Of a stretch of DNA of 64,000 bases, positions 34,740 to 44,444 are shown piece after piece. The stretch is taken from NCBI GenBank assembly GCA_009859145.1, contig VRVR01000007.1:248001-312000 (forward strand), written 5' to 3'. The notes under the pieces are model-generated. The model was not told where the DNA came from, did no database searches, and saw nothing but the letters and a program-made list of their open reading frames with translations. Made by a program: the position numbers and the translations under genes. Position 1 is the first letter of the stretch; each line of letters begins with the position of its first letter. Source of the stretch: Andalucia godoyi And28. Lineage: Eukaryota > Protista > Jakobida.

Positions 34740-35380
34740 CATTACCGTTGAATGATAACACGCCATTGTCATGCATATGCGGGAAGTATGCATAAACAGA
34801 CACAGTCAATACAGGCCGATACAAGCACGTTTGCTTCACAGGAATTCGTGCTTACGCACGCTCGGCCAAAATTCAGCCGGTGACGCAGGCTCCGTTTTTT
34901 CGACACTCTTTAACGCAACATCCGTAGCCATCTATTCTATCATTCGTTGGTTTCACTTTTTTTGGTTTCACTTTTTTAATTCAAATATGGGCGTGAGTGC
35001 CTGGGATGACGCATTCGCCTACGCCGACGCCGCCCGATGCAGGGCCTCCTAGGTCCCGCAGACCTACTAAGAGACCACGTGTCACAACGCCTACCGCCTC
35101 TCCCTCTCGTATCTCCAGGTGCACCAATCGCGCTGCAACTGAGGACACGAAAGCGCCTGCTGCTAGGGCCGTCGGAATCAAAATGCACCCTTCTCAGGAA
35201 CAACGTGTCACGCTGAGAAAAGTGGCTCGCAGATTGATCGAGATTGGGAACGGAGCGCGGAACATCTATCTGAAGAGCGCCGCGAGGCATGTTGGGGCCG
35301 ATCCCCTTCCCGGCAACGGGATGCAAGGATTGAATATGCATGTCTATTCGTAGGTATGCATGTTCAGTGTATAATGTAGG
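34740..35380 (+). mobile_element. Non-autonomous Fanzor2-derived mini-element, copy B (641 bp)
   Basis: Left flank TAAGG and right end GTGTATAATGTAGG. It has the same HTH-to-RuvC-III deletion junction as copy A, a 16-bp UUCG hairpin at 35331-35366 and a GCAA tetraloop hairpin upstream. Confidence 0.88.
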
Positions 35381-35572
35381 CGTCCAACCCAAAGCCTCTC
35401 CAAACATTTGGCTTGCATGCTGCGCCTTAAACAGATTATTTGGCGTAAAAAGGGACTTTTACAGTCAGCTTCATCACCCATCAGCGATTATAAGGAATCG
35501 GTTGTCAATATCCGACAGCGTCTCATTGGGCGTCGACCTGCACACCTACGCCGCCGCCGCCACAACAACAAC
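35381..35572 (+). repeat. Dispersed repeat R, copy 2, with a (GCC)n(ACA)n tail
   Basis: Homologous to 5671-5770 and 6041-6109. Confidence 0.85.
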
Positions 35573-35618
35573 GACATCAACCGGTAACACCAAGGCTGTG
35601 CGAAAGACGATAGATCTC

Positions 35619-35736
35619 AGGTACGGCCATACTAGAGTGAAAATACCGCATCCCGTCCGATTTGCGAAGTCAAGTGCTCTCAGGCTGGAGTAGTACTGAG
35701 GTGGGTGACCACTCGGGAATTCCCAGTGCTGTACTT
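35619..35736 (+). rRNA. 5S rRNA
   Basis: 118 nt; helix I AGGTACGGC/GCTGTACTT; conserved CCATAC, ATCCCGTCCGAT..GCGAAGTCAAG and AGTACTGAGGTGGGTGACC.CTCGGGAA (internal box A/C region). Confidence 0.95.
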
Positions 35737-35739
35737 TTT
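35735..35739 (+). terminator. RNA polymerase III T-run terminator of the 5S gene
   Basis: TTTTT at the 3' end of the 5S sequence. Confidence 0.8.
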
Positions 35740-35820
35740 GCTTGCTTGGACGGCATCACCGTACTCGATTTGTGTGTTACTGCGCGGAAGATGCTGTACT
35801 GTGAAATGTTTTTTTAATTT

Positions 35821-36441
35821 TTACTGTGCAAAAATGGCTGCGAAGATGGCAACGAGCAGTGCCGCAACGAATACCGAGGACGAGAAGGCAGCCGCGGACG
35901 ACGGAGCGACATATCCCGATTTTGTCGTGGTGCACTTGTAATTGTAGTTTCCTCCGGAGATGCAAAGTGTCGGGTCCAATGCAGATGTAGCGCAGCCAGT
36001 TGTGGCTGGTGAGCCGGTGGCCAAGACATAGATTCCCTTTTCAAGCCCATCGCCTCCTGTAATATCAAGATAGTAGCACCCTGCCGACGCACCCGACAAG
36101 TCTGTCATGGTTATCTGGCCGTTAGAAATGGTATACTGGTTCGTTGTCGTGTACGCAGCAACATAATACGTCGTACCGCCGTTCACCACGGTTCCAGCAG
36201 GATTAGAGTACGTAACGTGGGTTGCGTTGTATGTAACACTGTATGACTGGACGACAGGGTTTGGAGTGATGCATTGGTACGGAGCAGAGCCGCCCGTGCT
36301 GGTGGTCGCTGCGTACTGGTAGCAGTTTCCAGTCCATGTTCCAACCACAGAGGACGCAGTCGCCGCATCGGCAGAAGCAGATGGCAACAGGCAGAGAACT
36401 GCAGCTGCCAACACAATCGTCAGCGCCTTCTTCATGGACAT
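35821..36441 (-). CDS. Secreted, probably GPI-anchored surface protein
   Basis: Signal peptide MKKALTIVLAAAVLCLLPSASA; Thr/Tyr/Cys-rich core starting VVGTWTG; small-residue omega region and hydrophobic tail SSAAAFSSSVFVAALLVAIFAAIFAQ. Confidence 0.75.
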   Translation of the reverse strand: MSMKKALTIVLAAAVLCLLPSASADAATASSVVGTWTGNCYQYAATTSTGGSAPYQCITPNPVVQSYSVTYNATHVTYSNPAGTVVNGGTTYYVAAYTTTNQYTISNGQITMTDLSGASAGCYYLDITGGDGLEKGIYVLATGSPATTGCATSALDPTLCISGGNYNYKCTTTKSGYVAPSSAAAFSSSVFVAALLVAIFAAIFAQ

Positions 36442-37543
36442 TTTTGTTTTCTTTTTTTTGCTCAAAAAGAAGAAGCCGGAAACACCGTTCGAACAACAAC
36501 AACAACAACAACAACCAAAAGCAGAAAAGAAAAGAAATCAAGGAAGGCTACGAAAAGAAAAGAATCGAACGGAAGCCGTATCGCGCGTGCCTTTTATACT
36601 GGCGGACTGTGCAGCACTCAGGAACTGCATAAGGAAGTGGCACTTTGGTTAATCGCGAAACGTTTCCTGCAGTTTTGTCAAGGTGGAGGAATGGGCATCA
36701 TAGCAGAGGTCTGCGGAGCCCCATCGCGATGCAAGCAGATCGGAAAACTGCCTGCCTTTGCACAACTTTTTTTTTTCTGGGGGAAAAAAAGAGCAAAAAC
36801 GAGCAGTGGGAAACTGGGGAGGGGTAAAAAAAAATGCATGCCAGGACTTGAAACTCGGGAGCCAAAGAGATGAACTGCGAAATGCGATCAATGGCCAATC
36901 CCTTCTTCACAGTTCGGGAGGTAGTACCATTTATGGATGTGTTTCTTGTTTTCCTCCGCACAGCCGTCAGCCGATCTTATCACTGATTCTGAATACTCAT
37001 TCTTATATGTATTTATTTCTTCTTTCTTTCAATTTCAGCCTGAGAACATTGTATGCGGCATGCTTCCCAGTGCGTGCATGACCGCTCTCGCGAAAGACAG
37101 ATATTGCGCGGCTGTCTGGCTGTCTACATGCTCCTGTGCGCAAAAACTCCGAGGGCACACATCGGTTGTAATCGCGGTTCCCCTCTAACCGGGAAAATAG
37201 ACTTCCCATAAAAGGAAGAAGAATTCTCCGATGAAATGATGAGGCCTCTTGAAATCTTTGATGAATGTGAATCTTGATGATTGTTTGTCATCCTTCCGTG
37301 CGTCCAAACTCGGAAACCCTCTTCTCTCTTTCCGCGTGTGTCAGATGTATCTCTGAGCATGAAATCAGATCTGGAAGATCCACTTCAAAGATAATTCAGA
37401 CTGAGCAGCTCAGTCAGCGTCTTTCCGTCTGAAACTGCGCTCGACAGGAAAGGAAAGAAACACACTTTTCCCATTTTTATTTTATTTTCATCGCTGTTGA
37501 AAATAAATGCAAGTATTTTGAGGCATTATCTCAATTTTCAATT

Positions 37544-39471
37544 ATGAGGGCCGCTCTTCTGCCATTGCTCATTCTCTGTGTCCTTGTGTCGACAGCGACT
37601 GCATCTGCAGCACCACCAAAGGATCCGATTGATGCATCCGTTGTTATTCAAAATGTATGCTTTCTTCCCCCTCTTTTTGCTCCTTTCTCCGTAGCGCTCG
37701 TAGCAATTGATGCTTACGGGTATTGGAATGTGTTGAAGGATGAGCTTGTGTGGTCTTACTTCATGATATGCAGCTGGCGAGCGTTGATCTTTCAGCAGGG
37801 ACTTTTGAAGCTGATGTGATGTTGGCACTTCGTCATCAAGACGGCACACCGTTTGCCGAAAGTGTGGAATTTACAAACACGCAGCGATATCTGAGAATCG
37901 ACAACCGAACAGATCCCACATACTTTTTTCGAGCGCTGACTGCGTTTTATTTCAAGGTCGACGTGCGTTTGTATCCGTTTGATGCACAAGAGCTGAAGAT
38001 CACGTTTTACCTGCCCGAAAACCGGGATGCAGTGTTTCAAAGGGAAAAGTCCATGCTCGTGGATCGGATTCATCTTCCTGGCTGGGAAATCCAGCGAGAT
38101 TCCATGTCATTCTCTTCCGACTGGGTTGATTTCGGAGGAACTGGACCTCGGCAGCTTCACACCTTCGCGTTTCGCATCAATCGGCCCTTTCTGAAATGCA
38201 TCACAACGATTTTCCTTCCCCCCGTGTTCATTTTATTGACATTGCTGTGCTCCTTCTCAATTCCACCGAAGGATGCAATTGCCAGACTCGGCACGGCTTC
38301 TGGATCATTGCTTGCAGCCGTGATGTTCCATGTGAATCTACCAGGAGGAAGCTATCCGATGACAGAGTATTTAACGCTGGCTGACAAATTCATGGCAATC
38401 ACGTATTTTCTCCTCGTCATGTCGAATGTCATGAATGTTGTGTTGATTGTAATGGTTTCTCGAATGGGGGTCAACGACGCGGTGAATCGGATTCATCACC
38501 TGATCGAAATATCGGTTTGGATTGTCTACCCACTTTGCTTCCTTTTCTTGTTCGTCACCTGGCAGTATTTCTTGTTGCTCATTTTTCTGCCGCCGATTTT
38601 CCTGGTTGTCTCATTCTATCTACTGCGAAAATTCAAGAAGCAGATCTCGGCTGTGCGTGAAGCACGCCGCCGCAAGATGTTCCAAGGCGAAGAGTTTGTT
38701 GCCTTTGACGAAGAAAAGTCTAGACACGGCGACTTGAATGGCGAGTACAGCTGCAGTGGACAAGAGGTGCCTTCGCGCTCGCATTCCAGGACGACCATCT
38801 TCCCGAGCGGGTTTGTTCGGAGGTCGCGAGTGTCGCGCACCAACACTGAAATTGACATTGAAGAACTCGATTCTGCCCTCAATTTTGCAGAGGAAGAATC
38901 GCCTGCTCCTTTCCCAGCGAGCCGATTCGCAATCAACAGCAGTGCGCACCAACGATCTTTGGCAGATCCTGGCCGGATGGATTGCCCGAGGCTGCCGACA
39001 ACCTCCAAAACCTGCAGCAAAGAATCGACTGTGTCTGATGCTTCCTTCGCCCAGCATGTCTCCGTGCGGACAAGCTCGGCGACCACGGCTGCACACATAT
39101 GCGTCCCACCTCTTTCAGAAGAGGACCCTCCGCATGCTCCCGCGGTTTCTTTTCCAGCGCCCCAGGACGACAGAAGCGCGCAGATTCCTGTCGGCTCAGG
39201 GCAACTGACTATGACAACAACTGCTACTACAACGACTTCTTCTTCTTCTTCTTCGTCGTCGTCGTCGTCATCGTCTCCCTCCTGTATGCCTCCTTCTGGC
39301 AGCGTTCTAGTTTTCACAGAAGAACCTGCAGACTCTGTATTCCTGGACGTGGCCTTTGTGGACTCGCACTTCGATCACGGTCACAGCGACGACGACGAAA
39401 ATGGCGACTCAGTTTCACTAAGCAGAGAATCTCATGGCGGTCGGCGAAGGAAGCTGCATCGCCAGCGCTGA
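37544..39471 (+). CDS. Pentameric ligand-gated ion channel subunit without the Cys-loop cysteines (exons 37544-37654, 37774-39471)
   Basis: Signal peptide; DLSAGTFEADV; Pro-loop VDVRLYPFDAQELKI; LPGWEI; M1 with a proline (IFLPP); M2 RLGTASGSLLAAVMFH; YLTLADKFM then M3 and M4. Confidence 0.85.
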
Positions 39472-40151
39472 GCAACTATCTTCTTGTACATACTTTCCCA
39501 TACAGTAACATCCACACCGACGCATTACTATCAAAAAATCCAAACTACCCAGCCGCTCATGTGCCTTTTCCCAAAGAGTTCCGAAGGCAGCTTCAGTTTT
39601 CCGTCAAATCTGGGCTTCCTGCTGTAACATCCGCATTCCTCTGTCTTAACGTTCACTTTTTTCCCTTTCTTCTTTGGATTTGTTACTACTATTTAATTTA
39701 ATTTTAATTTTTCAAATTTCAATTAAAAAATCAAAAGAAAGCGTTATTATGAATATACGACGATGTTGGTTCCGCGGAGTTCTGGGCGACACTGTCGAAA
39801 CCGGGATGATTTTGTGCATGATCACCCGAGTGGGATATTAAACGGAATGGATGAAGGCGATTCCGGCAGAGCAAACTGTATGTATAGCCTGCTTATTTGT
39901 GTAGTGTTTTGCATTCAGCTGCATTGAGTTGCATTTGTATTGAGAAGATGTGATTTCTTGTTATATCTAATTGACCAATTCGCTTACGCAATCGATGATT
40001 TTTCCATGTCGGCCTGTCAGATCCTATTAGCGTACGTCTCGTGGATTTTATGTCCTCTACCATCCTGAAACACGGGGTTTTCTTCTTCATTTTCGCTGTT
40101 TTTTGAGCTCATGAACCTGACCAAATTTCTGGGGAATTTTTGAAATAACAG

Positions 40152-41417
40152 CCGTCACAATTTGCGAGGAGGAGACCGGAGAGAATGTTTGACAGTGCAG
40201 ATGCGCCAGATGAGCGAGATCGGAAGGAGCGCGCGAGATCCGAGTGGCTTGCTGGACTAGGTATGCTTTTGCACTTCCCTTGCTACCATTATATTTGCGA
40301 TGTACATTCATCCACTGCCATGCAGCATCATTGTTGTTTATTTTGTTTTTGGGAAAGAGTACTCTTATGCATTGATGTGTGACATACTTTTTGCTGGGTG
40401 CTGCGTCGTTTTGCTGTTGGTGGCATTTTGGTATTTTGTTTTGGAGAATGGAAAAACATAGAGGAGCAAATCAAAGAAAAAGAACGACGAAAAAGGCTCG
40501 ATTCTCAGAAAGAGCGAGAGTACGAGGAAAGAAAGTACGCGGAGTCCATGTCGTTCAATCCGTATGGTAAGCCCGGTGGAGGTGCGCCGCTACGAGACTA
40601 TACTGATGAGCCGGCGACCGACCTGGCGAGGGCCAGGAAGGAGCAGAAAATATCTTCGCGTTCCGAGGGGGCGGGAAAGCGAAGCCAGCCTGTGGTGACC
40701 CAAGAAGACGTGCTGCCAGAATTAAAAGGTGGGAAACCGCGCAAGCCAGGACTTACCATCAGAAAGAAGGATGGCGGTGGTCCTTCGACTGCGGCAAACA
40801 GTGCAGAGCAGGAGCTGTTGACGCAGCAATTGGAGGCTGAGAAGCGTGCGGTAGCGCAGTTGGAAGGCCGGCTTCAGAGCATTCGAAATGCAAACCAGGG
40901 GCTTCCGGGTATTCAGGACCCTTATCTGACTGTATCAAAACCGAAGAGTTCGTTTTCTGCCGCAGACTCGAACTCTGGAGAATCGGATAGCGAGTATCGA
41001 TCTGCAGATGGGCGGTCAAGCGTGCTCAATGGAAAGAATGTCGTCATCATACTGAAGGATTTCATCAGAGAAGAAAATGAAGCCCTGCGCATTCAGCTCA
41101 AAAAGCAGGAAACCGTCATATCTCGACTGGCAAAAGAAGCTGAAGACGCCAAGGAACGAAACGGTCAAATGCTACAAGAATTGGAGCATATGAGAAGTTT
41201 GATTCTGGCGGGAAAGCTTCCGATTGCCGACCATTCCCGCGCAAGGCAGATTTCGTCTGCTGCAATGAGAACTCCCAAATCGGAGCGCAAGGAAAGCCCG
41301 CTGCCAAAGCCTCCACCGCACCCACCGAAGTTGTCCGTGCAGCCAGAAAACAAGAGCAGGAGAGGACGACCTCCAATGGTCAACGCTCGAAACATTCCGC
41401 ATGCATTCGTTCCATAG
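40152..41417 (+). CDS. CSPP1/CCDC66-like coiled-coil protein (exons 40152-40260 and 40462-41417; 5' exon probably near 39763-39877)
   Basis: The spliced product WLAGLEEQIKEKERRK...FNPYGKPGGGAPLRD matches the PWG..GGGAP motif; phase-consistent GTATGC donor. Confidence 0.65.
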
Positions 41418-41424
41418 TTGGCTG

Positions 41425-42642
41425 TCATTTCAGCATTCCGATGGCGCTCTGCATACGAATGAATGACTGTGGACATTGGTGGATTGTGATTTTGTGTGTG
41501 GATGCAACTAGTTCAGTGATAATGCGCTCGGGGTCTGCAAGACAGTCTTCCAGAGATGCAGATTCTGTTATTTGGAGCATCGATGCACAGTGAATAGGAA
41601 CATCTCCCGTTGCAACTCCGCATACGATGTACACCGGCTTACCCAAAGACTGGCAAAGCTCCACGATGCGTCCAACGACTTTGCCCATTGCAGCGCTGGA
41701 TTGCGCATCCACACTGCCTTCTCCTGTAAAGACAATATCTGCATCAGCTATCCTTTCCTCCAGCTTTGCCATGCCAATAACAATGTCAACTCCTCGTTTC
41801 ACTGATGCGTGCCGGAAAACACACGCAAGCATTCCTGAAATGCCACCTGCTGCTCCAGAGCCTGCCATGTGCGACACATCTTTTCCGAATTTTCTGTCAA
41901 GCCAACATGCAACCCTTTCCATGCCTTTCTCCAACGTCGAAAGCATTTCAGGAGTTTTGGCTCCTTTCTGAGGCGCAAACACACTGACAGCGCCGTTTGG
42001 CCCGACATACGGGCTACTGACATCGCTCGCTATATCCAGCTGGACAGTCTCCAACATCTCCACGAGTTGCGGATCTCGGAAATACGCATTCTTGAAATAT
42101 AAAAGATGCTCACCTGTGATGTGACGAAAGTTGAGAGGCTGTCCGTCTCTTTCAAGCTCGATGTCAGCTCCCAGACCTTGCAGCACACTTAGCCCACCCT
42201 CGCTCGTGGACGACCCACCAAGTCCCACAACAATTCGGGAATGTCCTGTGGAATAGGCGTGCCTGATAAGCTGTCCTACACCACACGAAGTAGTGTGCAG
42301 TGGATTTTGGCGCTCGTTAGGCACCATGAACAGTCCATTTGCAAGAGCAGACTCCACAATTGCAATCTTCTGATTCTCAGAACCTGTAACAGAGAGATAG
42401 TGAGACTGGATATCCGTTCCCAGAGGACCAGTCACTATCACGGGGACAACGGTACTGTCTCCTGGGAACAGCTCTTGAAACGCCGACACAAACCCGTCAC
42501 CTCCATCACTCATCGACACTCGATCAAATGTCATTCGCGCATCCGTTGCCGCCCGCCGTTGCAAGCCCTTTTGAATCGCTTCATTCACCTGCTTTGCAGT
42601 TGCGGTTCCCTTGAATTTGTCACAAGCGAGTAAAACGTGCAT
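41425..42642 (-). CDS. glxK: Glycerate kinase, class I (bacterial GlxK/GarK type)
   Basis: LACDKFKGT, MSDGGDGF, GLGGSSTSEGG, AVSVFAPQKGA, GSGAAGG, FTGEGSVDAQS..MGKV. Confidence 0.92.
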   Translation of the reverse strand: MHVLLACDKFKGTATAKQVNEAIQKGLQRRAATDARMTFDRVSMSDGGDGFVSAFQELFPGDSTVVPVIVTGPLGTDIQSHYLSVTGSENQKIAIVESALANGLFMVPNERQNPLHTTSCGVGQLIRHAYSTGHSRIVVGLGGSSTSEGGLSVLQGLGADIELERDGQPLNFRHITGEHLLYFKNAYFRDPQLVEMLETVQLDIASDVSSPYVGPNGAVSVFAPQKGAKTPEMLSTLEKGMERVACWLDRKFGKDVSHMAGSGAAGGISGMLACVFRHASVKRGVDIVIGMAKLEERIADADIVFTGEGSVDAQSSAAMGKVVGRIVELCQSLGKPVYIVCGVATGDVPIHCASMLQITESASLEDCLADPERIITELVASTHKITIHQCPQSFIRMQSAIGMLK

Positions 42643-42964
42643 TTCTTCCCCCCACCGTCAATTTTCTATGGCCAGGAGAGCCCGCAAGAAACAAATTACG
42701 AGAAAAAATATATATTTATAAATTAAAAAAGAATCTCTTGCAACACCGCTGCCACTTGCTGCGATATGATGACGCAATCTGAAGCGCACGTAAGCAAAAG
42801 CACTGCCACGCGCCCATGCGCATGCGTCTGTTATCTTAAGCAACTCCGTCACACGATGCCCCGATTCGTTTCGCCCCATTTTGATCATGAAATCCCTATG
42901 AACACGCCGCCGCGTTGCATTCTCGCACAGCGACGCTCATTTCATTTCATTATTTTTATTGTCC

Positions 42965-43346
42965 ATGCAACGCACCATGTCCGTCACGCCCGCAACGCTG
43001 CGCAAGACCTGTGACATCTCCACCACCAATCATGCAATACGACATGCGCATCCTGCGCACGCGGCTCCGCGCAAAGGATGCTTCGTGCAATTATCGGCTG
43101 TGTCTGTCTGCCGACAAACTGTCTTCGATGATCGCCAAGGTGTTTTGTTGCCCATCGTGCACATGCACGATCGACCGCGATTGGAACGGCGCGCGCAACA
43201 TCTACATCTATCTTGGGAACGTCTCTCATGCCGAGGGGCGTGTTGGGGCCCACTCCCTTACCAATCATGATATGCATATTGTTGGACTGCAACATTCATT
43301 ATGGGTGATCAGCGATGATTATCCGTGGATTAGTGTACAATGAAGG
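42965..43346 (+). mobile_element. Internally deleted Fanzor2-related element, copy D (left end not found)
   Basis: 43136-43346 encodes KVFCCPSCTCTIDRDWNGARNIYI and repeats the right end of copy 1, including the identical GCGA hairpin; it ends GTGTACAATGAAGG. Confidence 0.82.
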
Positions 43347-43541
43347 CGCGAGTCACGGCTGCCCGAATTCCCGAATTTTGTGATTCTTGAGTGACGGGCT
43401 CGGCGCTCCGCTCCCGCATTTGAGTTTGTCACATCGTGTTGGCGCATAAGCACGCACCTTCTCTCACTCTCACTCTCTCTCTCTCTTTTTCTCTCACTCA
43501 CTCTCTCTCTGTCTTGTGTGTGCAGTTGTGTTGAAAGAGAT

Positions 43542-44288
43542 ATGTCGCAGACCGAAGAGAATCCGTTTATAGGTTTTTGGAGACGGACAGCATTGTTCGT
43601 TCCCATGGAAGCATCGGAGCCAACTGACACGACATCAACTGTGCTGTGGTTGCAAGCCCACAGGCTATTTATTGATATTCGAATCCCGGCCGCAGATTTG
43701 CATTCTTTGCTTGATCGGAAGGCGTTTGCAGGAGTTGGAAGGTACGATTCCGAAAGTAAGAGATATACGTGGACAAGGCTTATGGATTACCACCCACCCT
43801 CTTGTTTTCCAGATATCGGGCTGATGAGCCCAGTAAAAGATGCGGATGGACTGGACTACTTGGTCGAAGACGGGGTGGATGGGGACGACTATCGGGAACA
43901 TTGGGTGCGCTTGGTTCCTGATCGATCCGATCGCATGGATGTGTCCAAGACCGTCATCCGAGAAATGGTGGAAGCGGACGGCGCGATATACGTGCGAGTA
44001 GGCGACGTCGTTGGGTACGCAAAGCCTCGATCGACGTTTGCCCAGGTTAACCAGGTTCCAGCAGGTCAGTTCTCCTCGTTACGAGACTATGCAGTGCGCA
44101 CAGGCATCGCAGAACCAAACATCTCTGCAGAACGCGAAAATGAGAGCTCGACTGTTCAGGCATTATGCAAGGACTTTGAGGTCTGCATCGGATATGTTCA
44201 AGGCAACGAGAAGTTTGTGATTACACATTCGACTGTGGATGCGTTGAGAAACAAGGCAATTTCTTTACCAAACCAACTTGCAACGTAA
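43542..44288 (+). CDS. Conserved hypothetical protein, possibly HRI1-like
   Basis: GFWRRT...TTSTVLWLQ...FIDIRIP, FAG, WTRLMDYHP, LVEDG..YREHWVR pattern. Confidence 0.6.
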   Translation: MSQTEENPFIGFWRRTALFVPMEASEPTDTTSTVLWLQAHRLFIDIRIPAADLHSLLDRKAFAGVGRYDSESKRYTWTRLMDYHPPSCFPDIGLMSPVKDADGLDYLVEDGVDGDDYREHWVRLVPDRSDRMDVSKTVIREMVEADGAIYVRVGDVVGYAKPRSTFAQVNQVPAGQFSSLRDYAVRTGIAEPNISAERENESSTVQALCKDFEVCIGYVQGNEKFVITHSTVDALRNKAISLPNQLAT

Positions 44289-44444
44289 TTTTAAAAAAAA
44301 TAAATATGATACGTGCAAAGCGGGTGATATGCTGAAGAAGAGAAGAAGGGCCTGCAGAAGAAAACAGCGATAATGAGGGACGTTGCGTGTCCAGCAAATG
44401 CTAAGAACTCAGACCAACTGCAATGCGAGGCAGCACGAAAGCAG

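Noticed and set aside
36835-36900. tRNA-like 3' segment on the minus strand (GAGTTTCAAGTCCTGGCATGCA followed by a T-run)
   Set aside because: No matching acceptor-stem 5' strand, D-arm or anticodon arm could be folded.
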